From positions 62,001 through 126,000 of the forward strand of contig OZ024741.1 in assembly GCA_964016885.1 (NCBI GenBank): a stretch of 64,000 nt of DNA, in the 5' to 3' direction. Numbering within the stretch: position 1 is the stretch's first letter; the number at the start of each line of letters is the position of its first letter. The position numbers and the translations under genes are program-made. Shown one piece after another: positions 35,401-51,400 of the stretch. Below the pieces are notes generated by a model, which was not told the DNA's origin, ran no database searches, and was given only the letters and a program-made list of their open reading frames with translations. This stretch comes from Eledone cirrhosa. Taxonomy: Eukaryota.

Positions 35401-38400
35401 CCAACACCAGCAATAACACCAACAGCAACAATAACACCAACAACAACAATAACACCAACAACAAAAATAACACCAACAATAACACCAACAACAACAATAA
35501 CATCAACAACAACAATAACAGCAACACCAACAATAACACCAACAACAACAATAACATCAACAACAACAATAACACCAACACCAACAATAACACCAACAAT
35601 AACACCAACAACAACAATAACACCAACACCAACAATAACACCAACACCAACAATAACACCAACAACAACAATAACATCAACAACAACAATAACACCAACA
35701 CCAACAATAACACCAACAACAACAATAACACCAACACCAACAATAACAACAACACCAACAATAACACCAACAACAACAATAACACCAACAACAACAATAA
35801 CACCAACAACAACAATAACATCAACAACAACAATAACACCAACAATAACACCAACACCAACAACAACAATAACACCAACACCAACAATAACACCAACACC
35901 AACAATAACACCAACAATAACACCAACACCAACAATAACATCAACAACAACAATAACATCAACAACAACAATAACAGCAACACCAACAATAACACCAACA
36001 CCAACAATAACACCAACACCAACAATAACACCAACACCAACAATAACGCCAACAACAACAATAACACCAACAACAACAATAACACCAACACCAACGATAA
36101 CACCAACAACAACAATAACACCAACAACAACAATAACACCAACACCAACAATAACACCAACAACAACAATAACACCAACACCAACAATAACACCAACGCC
36201 AACAATAACACCAACAACAACAATAACACCAACACCAACAATAACACCAACACCAACAATAACACCAACACCAACAATAACACCAACAACAACAATAACA
36301 TCAACAACAACAATAACACCAACACCAACGATAACACCAACACCAACGATAACGCCAACAACAACAATAACACCAACAACAACAATAACACCAACACCAA
36401 CGATAACACCAACAACAACAATAACACCAACAACAACAATAACACCAACACCAACAATAACACCAACAACAACAATAACACCAACACCAACAATAACACC
36501 AACGCCAACAATAACACCAACAACAACAATAAAACCAACACCAACAATAACACCAACGCCAACAATAACACCAACACCAACAATAACACCAACACCAACA
36601 ATAACACCAACACCAACAATAACACCGACAACAACAATAACACCGACAACAACAATAACACCAACACCAACAATAACACCAACAATAACACCAACAACAA
36701 CAATAACACCAACAATAACACCAACAACAACAATAACATCAACAACAACAATAACAGCAACACCAACAATAACACCAACAACAACAATAACACCAACACC
36801 AACAATAACACCAACAATAACACCAACAACAACAATAACATCAACAACAACAATAACAGCAACACCAACAATAACACCAACAACAACAATAACGTCAACA
36901 ACAACAATAACACCAACACCAACAATAACACCAACAATAACACCAACAACAACAATAACACCAACAATAACACCAACACAAACAATAACACCAACAACAA
37001 CAATAACACCAACAACAACAATAACACCAACAACAACAATAACACCAACAATAACACCAACAACAACAATAACATCAACAACAACAATAACAGCAACACC
37101 AACAATAACACCAACAACAACAATAACATCAACAACAACAATAACACCAACACCAACAATAACACCAACAACAACAATAACACCAAAAACAACAATAACT
37201 CCAACAACAACAATAACACCAACAATAACACCAACAACAACAATAACATCAACAACAACAATAACAGCAACACCAACAATTACACCAACAACAACAATAA
37301 CACCAACACCAACAATAACACCAACACCAACAATAACACCAACAACAACAATAACACCAACAACAACAATAACATCAACAACAACAATAACAGCAACACC
37401 AACAATAACACCAACAACAACAATAACACCAACAACAACAATAACACCAACACCAACAATAACACCAACAGCAACAATAACACCAACAACAACAATAACA
37501 CCAACAACAACAATAACACCAACAATAACACCAACAACAACAATAACATCAACAACAACAATAACAGCAACACCAACAATAACACCAACAACAACAATAA
37601 CATCAACAACAACAATAACACCAACACCAACAATAACACCAACAATAACACCAACAACAACAATAACACCAACACCAACAATAACACCAACACCAACAAT
37701 AACACCAACAACAACAATAACATCAACAACAACAATAACACCAACACCAACAATAACACCAACAACAACAATAACACCAACACCAACAATAACACCAACA
37801 CCAACAATAACACCAACAACAACAATAACACCAACAACAACAATAACACCAACAACAACAATAACATCAACAACAACAATAACACCAACAATAACACCAA
37901 CACCAACAACAACAATAACACCAACACCAACAATAACACCAACACCAACAATAACACCAACAATAACACCAACACCAACAATAACATCAACAACAACAAT
38001 AACATCAACAACAACAATAACAGCAACACCAACAATAACACCAACACCAACAATAACACCAACACCAACAATAACACCAACACCAACAATAACGCCAACA
38101 ACAACAATAACACCAACAACAACAATAACACCAACACCAACGATAACACCAACAACAACAATAACACCAACAACAACAATAACACCAACACCAACAATAA
38201 CACCAACAACAACAATAACACCAACACCAACAATAACACCAACGCCAACAATAACACCAACAACAACAATAACACCAACACCAACAATAACACCAACACC
38301 AACAATAACACCAACACCAACAATAACACCAACAACAACAATAACATCAACAACGACAATAACACCAACACCAACGATAACACCAACACCAACGATAACG

Positions 38401-39546
38401 CCAACAACAACAATAACACCAACAACAACAATAACACCAACACCAACGATAACACCAACAACAACAATAACACCAACAACAACAATAACACCAACACCAA
38501 CAATAACACCAACAACAACAATAACACCAACACCAACAATAACACCAACGCCAACAATAACACCAACAACAACAATAAAACCAACACCAACAATAACACC
38601 AACGCCAACAATAACACCAACACCAACAATAACACCAACACCAACAATAACACCAACACCAACAATAACACCGACAACAACAATAACACCGACAACAACA
38701 ATAACACCAACACCAACAATAACACCAACAATAACACCAACAACAACAATAACACCAACAACAAAAATAACATCAACGCCAACAATAACACCAACACCAA
38801 CAATAACACCAACAGCAACAATAACACCAACAACAACAATAACACCAACAACAACAATAACATCAACAACAATAACACCAACAATAACACCAACACCAAC
38901 AATAACACCAACACCAACAATAACACCAACAACAACAATAACACCAACAACAACAGTGACACCAACACCAACAATAACACCAACACCAACAATAACACCA
39001 ACAACAACAATAACACCAACAACAACAATAACACCAACAATAACACCAACAACAACAATAACACCAACACCAACAATAACACCAACACCAACAATAACAC
39101 CAACAACAACAATAACACCAACAACAACAATAACATCAACAACAACAATAACATCAACAAAAACAATAACATCAACAACAACACCAACACCAACAATAAC
39201 ACCAACAACAACAATAACACCAACACCAACAATAACACCAACAACAACAATAACACCAACACCAACAATAACACCAACAACAACAATAACACCAACAACA
39301 ACAATAACACCAACAATAACACCAACAACAACAATAACATCAACAACAACAATAACAGCAACACCAACAATAACACCAACAACAATAATAACATCAACAA
39401 CAACAATAACACCAACACCAACAATAACACCAACAATAACACCAACAACAACCATAACACCAACAACAACAATAACACCAACAACAACAATAACACCAAC
39501 AATAACACCAACAACAACAATAACACCAACAACAACAATAACACCA
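10867..39546 (+). CDS. Possible mucin-like PTS (Thr/Pro/Ser/Ile) tandem-repeat coding segment; longest unbroken stretch of the Thr register (about 28.7 kb). Coding status unproven.
   Basis: No stop and no register shift between the A6 run at 10865-10870 and the 1-bp loss at about 39547; the ORF track 15397..39558 covers most of it. Common variation uses ACA/CCA/TCA/GCA (T/P/S/A), as in PTS domains. Against: no start context, signal peptide, Cys-rich/VWD/SEA domain or splice signals in the window; openness is expected from composition; the frame is broken elsewhere in the array. Confidence 0.25.
16500..20140. repeat. About 1.83-kb higher-order tandem duplication
   Basis: ATT marker at 16675/18505 (offset 1830) and GTG marker at 18295/20107 (offset 1812, one monomer shorter), with the same order of ACG, AAA and CCG markers in between. 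Boundaries approximate. Confidence 0.85.
20060..32650. repeat. Two copies of an about 3.5-kb block at 9051-bp offset (about 20060-23600 and 29110-32650)
   Basis: Markers all at offset 9051: GTG 20107/29158 and 23158/32209; TCAAAAACA 21001/30052; AGCATCA 21651/30702; CCAACGACA 21811/30862. Boundaries approximate. Confidence 0.88.
22680..26950. repeat. 2184-bp higher-order tandem duplication, each copy holding an internal 813-bp sub-repeat
   Basis: Offset 2184 for ATAAGACCG (G at 22751/24935), ACAAAC 23391/25575, and GTG 23158/25342 and 23971/26155. GTG-to-GTG spacing is 813 in both copies. Confidence 0.88.
34650..38740. repeat. 2046-bp higher-order tandem duplication
   Basis: ACGTCA (G at 34848/36894), the CCAAAAACAACAATAACTCCA motif and ATT (minus-strand stops 35234/37280) are all offset by 2046. 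Boundaries approximate. Confidence 0.87.
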
Positions 39547-42500
39547 CAACAACAATAACACCAACAATAACACCAACACCAACAATAACACCAACAACAA
39601 CAATAACACCAACAACAACAATAACATCAAGAACAACAATAACATCAACAACAACAATAACATCAACAACAACACCAACACCAACAATAACACCAACACC
39701 AACAATAACACCAACAACAACAATAACACCAACAACAACAATAACACCAACAATAACACCAACAACAAAAATAACATCAACAACAACAATAACAGCAACA
39801 CCAACAATAACACCAACAACAACAATAACATCAACAACAACAATAACATCAACAACAACAATAACATCAACAACAACACCAACACCAACAATAACACCAA
39901 CAACAACAATAACACCAACACCAACAATAACACCAACAACAACAATAACACCAACAACAACAATAACACCAACAATAACACCAACAACAACAATCACATC
40001 AACAACAACAATAACAGCAACACCAACAATAACACCAACAACAACAATAACACCAACAACAACAATAACACCAACAATAACACCAACAACAACAATAACA
40101 TCAACAACAACAATAACAGCAACACCAACAATAACACCAACAACAACAATAACATCAACAACAACAATAAAACCAACACCAACAATAACACCAACAATAA
40201 CACCAACAACAACAATAACACCAACAATAACACCAACACCAACAATAACACCAACAACAACAATAACACCAACAACAACAATAACACCAACAACAACAAT
40301 AACACCAACAACAACAATAACACCAACAATAACACCAACAACAACAATAACATCAACAACAACAATAACAGCAACACCAACAATAACACCAACAACAACA
40401 ATAACATCAACAACAACAATAACACCAACACCAACAATAACACCAACAACAACAATAACACCAACAACAACAATAACACCAACAACAACAATAACACCAA
40501 CAACAACAATAACACCAACAATAACACCAACAACAACAATAACATCAACAACAACAATAACAGCAACACCAACAATAACACCAACAACAACAATAACATC
40601 AACAACAACAATAACACCAACACCAACAATAACACCAACAACAACAATAACACCAACAACAACAATAACACCAACAACAACAATAACACCAACAACAACA
40701 ATAACACCAACAATAACACCAACAACAACAATAACATCAACAACAACAATAACAGCAACACCAACAATAACACCAACAACAACAATAACATCAACACCAA
40801 CAACAACAATAACACCAATAACAACAATAACACCAACAACAACAATAACACCAACAACAACAATAACACCAACAATAACACCAACAACAACAATAACATC
40901 AACAACAACAATAACACCAACACCAACAATAACACCAACAACAACAATAACATCAACAACAACAATAACACCAACACCAACAATAACACCAACAATAACA
41001 CCAACAACAACAATAACATCAACAACAACAATAACACCAACACCAACAATAACACCAACACCAACAATAACACCAACAACAACAATAACATCAACAACAA
41101 CAATAACACCAACACCAACAATAACACCAACACCAACAATAACACCAACAACAACAATAACATCAACAACAACAATAACACCAACACCAACAATAACACC
41201 AACAACAACAATAACACCAACAACAACAATAACACCAACACCAACAATAACACCAACACCAACAATAACACCAACAACAACAATAACACCAACAACAAAA
41301 ATAACACCAACAACAACAATAACACCAACAACAACAATAACATCAACAACAACAATAACATCAACGACAACAATAACACCAACAATAACACCAACAATAA
41401 CACCAACACCAACAATAACACCAACACCAACAATAACACCAACACCAACAATAACACCAACACCAACAATAACAATAACACCAACAATAACACCAACACC
41501 AACAATAACACCAAAAACAACAATAACACCAACACCAACAATAACACCAACACCAACAATAACACCAACAACAACAATAACACCAACACCAACAATAACA
41601 CCAACACCAACAATAACACCAACAACAACAATAACACCAACAACAACAATAACACCAACAACAACAATAACACCAACACCAACAATAACACCAACAACAA
41701 CAATAACACCAACACCAACAATAACACCAACAACAACAATAACACCAACAACAACAATAACACCAACAACAACAATAACACCAACAATAACACCAACAAC
41801 AACAATAACACCAACACCAACAATAACACCAACAACAACAATAACACCAACACCAACAATAATACCAACAACAACAATAACACCAACACCAACAATAACA
41901 CCAACAACAACAATAACACCAACACCATCAATAACACCAACGCCAAAAATAACACCAACAACAACAATAACACCAACAATAACACCAACACCAACAATAA
42001 CACCAACAACAACAATAACACCAACAACAACAATAACACCAACACCAACAATAACACCAACACCAACAATAACACCAACAACAACAAGAACACCAACAAC
42101 AACAATAACACCAACACCAACAATAACACCAACAACAACAATAACACCAACACCAACAATAACACCAACACCAACAATAACACCAACAACAACAATAACA
42201 CCAACAACAACAATAACACCAACACCAACAATAACACCAAAACAACAATAACACCAACACCAACAATAACACCAACACCAACAATAACACCAACAACAAC
42301 AATAACACCAACAACAACAATAACACCAACACCAACAATAACACCAACAATAACACCAACAACAACAATAACACCAACACCAACAATAACACCAACAATA
42401 ACACCAACAACAACAATAACACCAACAACAACAATAACACCAACAACAACAATAACACCAACACCAACAATAACACCAACAACAACAATAACACCAACAA

Positions 42501-45500
42501 CAACAATAACATCAACAACAACAATAACATCAACAACAACAATAACATCAACACCAACAATAACACCAACACCAACAATAACACCAACAACAACAATAAC
42601 ATCAACACCAACAATAACACCAACACCAACAATAACACCAACACCAACAATAACACCAACAACAACAATAACATCAACACCAACAATAACATCAACAACA
42701 ACAATAACATCAACACCAACAATAACACCAACAACAACAATAACACCAACACCAACAATAACACCAACAACAACAATAACACCAACAACAACAATAACAT
42801 CAACAACAACAATAACATCAACAACAACAATAACACCAACACCAACAATAACACCAACAATAACACCAACAACAACAATAACACCAACACCAACAATAAC
42901 ATCAACACCAACAATAACACCAACAACAACAATAACACCAACAACAACAATAACATCAACAATAACACCAACAACAACAATAACACCAACAATAACACCA
43001 ACACCAACAATAACACCAACAACAACAATAACACCAACAACAACAATAACATCAACAACAACAATAACACCAACAATAACACCAACACCAACAATAACAC
43101 CAACAACAACAATAACACCAACAACAACAATAACATCAACAACAACAATAACATCAACAACAACAATAACATCAACACCAACAATAACACCAACACCAAC
43201 AATAACACCAACAACAACAATAACATCAACACCAACAATAACACCAACACCAACAATAACACCAACAACAACAATAACACCAACAACAACAATAACACCA
43301 ACACCAACAATAACACCAACAATAACACCAACAACAACAATAACACCAACACCAACAATAACACCAACACCAACAATAACACCAACAATAACACCAACAA
43401 CCAGAATAACACCAACACCAACAATAACACCAACACCAACAATAACACCAACAATAACATCAACGCCAACAATAACACCAACACCAACAATAACACCAAC
43501 ACCAACAATAACACCAACAACAACAATAACACCAACAACAACAATAACACCAACACCAACAATAACACCAACAATAACACCAACAACAACAATAACACCA
43601 ACAATAACACCAACAACAACAATAACACCAACACCAACAATAACACCAACAATAACACCAACAACAACAATAACACCAACAACAACAATAACACCAACAA
43701 CAACAATAACACCAACACCAACAATAACACCAACAACAACAATAACACCAACAACAACAATAACATCAACAACAACAATAACATCAACAACAACAATAAC
43801 ATCAACACCAACAATAACACCAACACCAACAATAACACCAACAACAACAATAACATCAACACCAACAATAACACCAACACCAACAATAACACCAACACCA
43901 ACAATAACACCAACAACAACAATAACATCAACACCAACAATAACACCAACAACAACAATAACATCAACACCAACAATAACACCAACAACAACAATAACAC
44001 CAACACCAACAATAACACCAACACCAACAATAACACCAACAACAACAATAACATCAACAACAACAATAACATCAACAACAACAATAACACCAACACCAAC
44101 AATAACACCAACAATAACACCAACAACAACAATAACACCAACACCAACAATAACATCAACACCAACAATAACACCAACAACAACAATAACACCAACAACA
44201 ACAATAACATCAACAATAACACCAACAACAACAATAACACCAACAATAACACCAACAACAACAATAACATCAACACCAACAATAACACCAACAACCAGAA
44301 TAACACCAACACCAACAATAACACCAACACCAACAATAACACCAACAATAACACCAACACCAACAATAACACCAACAACAACAATAACATCAACACCAAC
44401 AATAACACCAACACCAACAATAACACCAACAACAACAATAACACCAACAACAACAATAACACCAACACCAACAATAACACCAACAATAACACCAACAACA
44501 ACAATAACACCAACACCAACAATAACACCAACACCAACAATAACACCAACAATAACACCAACAACAACAATAACACCAACACCAACAATAACACCAACAC
44601 CAACAATAACACCAACAATACCATCAACAACAACAATAACATCAACAACAACAATAACATCAACACCAACAATAACACCAACACCAACAATAACACCAAC
44701 ACCAACAATAACACCAACAACAACAATAACACCAACAACAACAATAACACCAACACCAACAATAACACCAACACCAACAATAACACCAACAATAACACCA
44801 ACAACAACAATAACACCAACACCAACAATAACACCAACACCAACAATAACACCAACAATAACACCAACACCAACAATAACACCAACAATAACACCAACAA
44901 CAATAATAACACCAACACCAACAATAACACCAACACCAACAATAACACCAACAATAACATCAACAACAACAATAACATCAACAACAACAATAACATCAAC
45001 AACAACAATAACATCAACACCAACAATAACACCAACACCAACAATAACACCAACAACAACAATAACACCAACAACAACAATAACACCAACACCAACAATA
45101 ACACCAACAACAACAATAACATCAACAACAACAATAACATCAACAACAACAATAACATCAACAACAACAATAACACCAACAACAACAATAACACCAACAC
45201 CAACAATAACACCAACAACAACAATAACACCAACAACAACAATAACATCAACAACAACAATAACATCAACAACAACAATAACATCAACAACAACAATAAC
45301 ACCAACAACAACAATAACACCAACAACAACAATAACACCAACAACAACAATAACATCAACAACAACAATAACACCAACAACAACAATAACACCAACAACA
45401 ACAATAACACCAACAATAACACCAACAACAACAATAACACCAACACCAACAATAACAGCAACACCAACAATAACACCAACAACAACCTATAACATCAACA

Positions 45501-48500
45501 CCAACAATAACACCAACACCAACAATAACACCAACACCAACAATAACAGCAACACCAACAATAACACCAACAACAACAATAACATCAACACCAACAATAA
45601 CACCAACACCTACAATAACACCATCACCAACAATAACACCAACAACAACAATAACACCAACAATAACACCAACACCAACAATAACACCAACAATAACACC
45701 AACACCAACAACAACAATAACACCAACAACAACAATAACACCAACACCAACAACAACAATAACACCAACAACAACAATAACACCAACACCAACAATAACA
45801 CCAACACCAACAATAACACCAACAACAACAATAACACCAACAACAACAATAACACCAACAATAACACCAACAACAACAATAACACCAACACCAACAATAA
45901 CACCAACACCAACAATAACACCAACAACAACAATAACACCAACAACAACAATAACATCAACAACAACAATAACATCAACAAAAACAATAACATCAACAAC
46001 AACACCAACACCAACAATAACACCAACAAAAACAATAACACCAACACCAACAATAACACCAACAACAACAATAACACCAACACCAACAATAACACCAACA
46101 ACAACAATAACACCAACAACAACAATAACACCAACAATAACACCAACAACAACAATAACATCAACAACAACAATAACAGCAACACCAACAATAACACCAA
46201 CAACAACAATAACATCAACAACAACAATAACACCAACACCAACAATAACACCAACAATAACACCAACAACAACCATAACACCAACAACAACAATAACACC
46301 AACAACAACAATAACACCAACAATAACACCAACAACAACAATAACACCAACAACAACAATAACACCAACAACAACAATAACACCAACACTAACACCAACA
46401 CCAACAATAACACCAACAACAACAATAACACCAACAACAACAATAACATCAACAACAACAATAATATCAACAACAACAATAACATCAACAACAACACCAA
46501 CACCAACAATAACACCAACAACAACAATAACACCAACACCAACAATAACACCAACAACAACAATAACACCAACAACAACAATAACACCAACAATAACACC
46601 AACAACAACAATAACATCAACAACAACAATAACAGCAACACCAACAATAACACCAACAACAACAATAACATCAACAACAACAATAACATCAACAACAACA
46701 ATAACATCAACAACAACACCAACACCAACAATAACACCAACAACAACAATAACACCAACACCAACAATAACACCAACAACAACAATAACACCAACAACAA
46801 CAATAACACCAACAATAACACCAACAACAACAATCACATCAACAACAACAATAACAGCAACACCAACAATAACACCAACAACAACAATAACACCAACAAC
46901 AACAATAACACCAACAATAACACCAACAACAACAATAACATCAACAACAACAATAACAGCAACACCAACAATAACACCAACAACAACAATAACATCAACA
47001 ACAACAATAAAACCAACACCAACAATAACACCAACAATAACACCAACAACAACAATAACACCAACAATAACACCAACACCAACAATAACACCAACAACAA
47101 CAATAACACCAACAACAACAATAACACCAACAACAACAATAACACCAACAACAACAATAACACCAACAATAACACCAACAACAACAATAACATCAACAAC
47201 AACAATAACAGCAACACCAACAATAACACCAACAACAACAATAACATCAACAACAACAATAACACCAACACCAACAATAACACCAACAACAACAATAACA
47301 CCAACAACAACAATAACACCAACAACAACAATAACACCAACAACAACAATAACATCAACAATAACACCAAAAACAACAATAACATCAACAACAACAATAA
47401 CAGCAACACCAACAATAACACCAACAACAACAATAACATCAACAACAACAATAACACCAACACCAACAATAACACCAACAACAACAATAACACCAACAAC
47501 AACAATAACACCAACAACAACAATAACACCAACAACAACAATAACACCAACAATAACACCAACAACAACAATAATATCAACAACAACAATAACAGCAACA
47601 CCAACAATAACACCAACAACAACAAAAACATCAACACCAACAACAACAATAACACCAATAACAACAATAACACCAACAACAACAATAACACCAACAACAA
47701 CAATAACACCAACAATAACACCAACAACAACAATAACATCAACAACAACAATAACACCAACACCAACAATAACACCAACAACAACAATAACATCAACAAC
47801 AACAATAACACCAACACCAACAATAACACCAACAATAACACCAACAACAACAATAACATCAACAACAACAATAACACCAACACCAACAATAACACCAACA
47901 CCAACAATAACACCAACAACAAGAATAACATCAACAACAACAATAACACCAACACCAACAATAACACCAACACCAACAATAACACCAACAACAACAATAA
48001 CATCAACAACAACAATAACACCAACACCAACAATAACACCAACAACAACAATAACACCAACAACAACAATAACACCAACACCAACAATAACACCAACACC
48101 AACAATAACACCAACAACAACAATAACACCAACAACAACAATAACATCAACAACAACAATAACATCAACGACAACAATAACACCAACAATAACACCAACA
48201 ATAACACCAACACCAACAATAACACCAACACCAACAATAACACCAACACCAACAATAACACCAACACCAACAATAACACCAACACCAACAATAACACCAA
48301 AAACAACAATAACACCAACACCAACAATAACACCAACACCAACAATAACACCAACAACAACAATAACACCAACACCAACAATAACACCAACACCAACAAT
48401 AACACCAACACCAACAATAACACCAACAACAACAATAACACCAACAACAACAATAACACCAACAACAACAATAACACCAACACTAACAATAACACCAACA

Positions 48501-51400
48501 ACAACAATAACACCAACACCAACAATAACACCAACAACAACAATAACACCAACAACAACAATAACACCAACAACAACAATAACACCAACAATAACACCAA
48601 CAACAACAATAACACCAACACCAACAATAACACCAACAACAACAATAACACCAACACCAACAATAATACCAACAACAACAATAACACCAACACCAACAAT
48701 AACACCAACAACAACAATAACACCAACACAATCAATAACACCAACGCCAAAAATAACACCAACAACAACAATAACACCAACAATAACACCAACACCAACA
48801 ATAACACCAACAACAACAATAACACCAACAACAACAATAACACCAACACCAACAATAACACCAACACCAACAATAACACCAACAACAACAATAACACCAA
48901 CAACAACAATAACACCAACACCAACAATAACACCAACAACAACAATAACACCAACACCAACAATAACACCAACACCAACAATAACACCAACAACAACAAT
49001 AACACCAACAACAACAATAACACCAACACCAACAATAACACCAATACAACAATAACACCAACACCAACAATAACACCAACACCAACAATAACACCAACAA
49101 CAACAATAACACCTACAACAACAATAACACCAACACCAACAATAACACCAACAATAACACCAACAACAACAATAACACCAACACCAACAATAACACCAAC
49201 AATAACACCAACAACAACAATAACACCAACAACAACAATAACACCAACAACAACAATAACACCAACACCAACAATAACACCAACAACAACAATAACACCA
49301 ACAACAACAATAACATCAACAACAACAATAACATCAACAACAACAATAACATCAACACCAACAATAACACCAACACCAACAATAACACCAACAACAACAA
49401 TAACATCAACACCAACAATAACACCAACACCAACAATAACACCAACACCAACAATAACACCAACAACAACAATAACATCAACACCAACAATAACACCAAC
49501 AACAACAATAACATCAACACCAACAATAACACCAACGACAACAATAACACCAACACCAACAATAACACCAACAACAACAATAACACCAACAACAACAATA
49601 ACATCAACAACAACAATAACATCAACAACAACAATAACACCAACACCAACAATAACACCAACAATAACACCAACAACAACAATAACACCAACACCAACAA
49701 TAACATCAACACCAACAATAACACCAACAACAACAATAACACCAACAACAACAATAACATCAACAATAACACCAACAACAACAATAACACCAACAATAAC
49801 CCCAACACCAACAATAACACCAACAACAACAATAACACCAACAACAACAATAACATCAACAACAACAATAACACCAACAATAACACCAACACCAACAATA
49901 ACACCAACAACAACAATAACACCAACAACAACAATAACATCAACAACAACAATAACATCAACAACAACAATAACATCAACACCAACAATAACACCAACAC
50001 CAACAATAACACCAAAAACAACAATAACATCAACACCAACAATAACACCAACACCAACAATAACACCAACAACAACAATAACACCAACAACAACAATAAC
50101 ACCAACACCAACAATAACACCAACAATAACACCAACAACAACAATAACACCAACACCAACAATAACACCAACACCAACAATAACACCAACAATAACACCA
50201 ACAACAACAATAACACCAACACCAACAATAACACCAACACCAACAATAACACCAACAATAACATCAACAACAACAATAACATCAACAACAACAATAACAT
50301 CAACACCAACAATAACACCAACACCAACAATAACACCAACACCAACAATAACACCAACAACAACAATAACACCAACAACAACAATAACACCAACACCAAC
50401 AATAACACCAACAATAACACCAACAACAACAATAACACCAACACCAACAATAACACCAACACCAACAATAACACCAACAATAACACCAACACCAACAATA
50501 ACACCAACAATAACACCAACAACAATAATAACACCAACACCAACAATAACACCAACACCAACAATAACACCGACAATAACATCAACAACAACAATAACAT
50601 CAACAACAACAATAACATCAACAACAACAATAACATCAACACCAACAATAACACCAACACCAACAATAACACCAACAACAACAATAACACCAACAACAAC
50701 AATAACACCAACACCAACAATAACACCAACAACAACAATAACATCAACAACAACAATAACATCAACAACAACAATAACATCAACAACAACAATAACACCA
50801 ACAACAACAATAACACCAACACCAACAATAACACCAACAACAACAATAACACCAACAACAACAATAACATCAACAACAACAATAACATCAACAACAACAA
50901 TAACATCAACAACAACAATAACACCAACAACAACAATAACACCAACAACAACAATAACACCAACAACAACAATAACCTCAACAACAACAATAACACCAAC
51001 AACAACAATAACACCAACAACAACAATAACACCAACAATAACACCAACAACAACAATAACACCAACACCAACAATAACAGCAACACCAACAATAACACCA
51101 ACAACAACCTATAACATCAACACCAACAATAACACCAACACCAACAATAACACCAACACCAACAATAACAGCAACACCAACAATAACACCAACAACAACA
51201 ATAACATCAACACCAACAATAACACCAACACCTACAATAACACCATCACCAACAATAACACCAACAACAACAATAACACCAACAATAACACCAACACCAA
51301 CAATAACACCAACAATAACACCAACACCAACAACAACAATAACACCAACAACAACAATAACACCAACACCAACAACAACAATAACACCAACAACAACAAT
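39000..51400. repeat. About 6.8-kb higher-order duplication; second copy about 1.2 kb shorter internally
   Basis: CAATCACATC at 39991/46831 and CCAATAACAACAATA at about 40815/47655 (offset 6840). Shared -1 site about 42241/49044. Shared ACCTATA +1 site about 45486/51108, where the offset has fallen to about 5620. CCTACAATAACACCATCACCA at about 45609/51231. Confidence 0.85.

Noticed and set aside
5485-37290. ACAATTAC plus poly(CAA) resembling the TMV omega translational enhancer
   Set aside because: It arises from one A-to-T change in the monomer, with no viral context or downstream gene.
6021-42251. 12,076-aa ORF (Thr-rich, then Asn-rich, then Thr-rich) and the 2,742-aa ORF at 2648..10876 as real giant proteins
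   Set aside because: The composition switches exactly at 1-bp indels (6021, 10866, 39547). Two of three + registers lack stops purely because of the monomer sequence, and the starts are sporadic repeat variants (TTG, ATG).
1175-51110. Frameshifts pairing up (-1/+1) to restore the same register, suggesting compensation or programmed frameshifting
   Set aside because: Only three independent pairs exist, which is easily chance. After each -1 the original frame meets TAA in every monomer, so nothing is rescued. No slippery site with downstream structure is visible.
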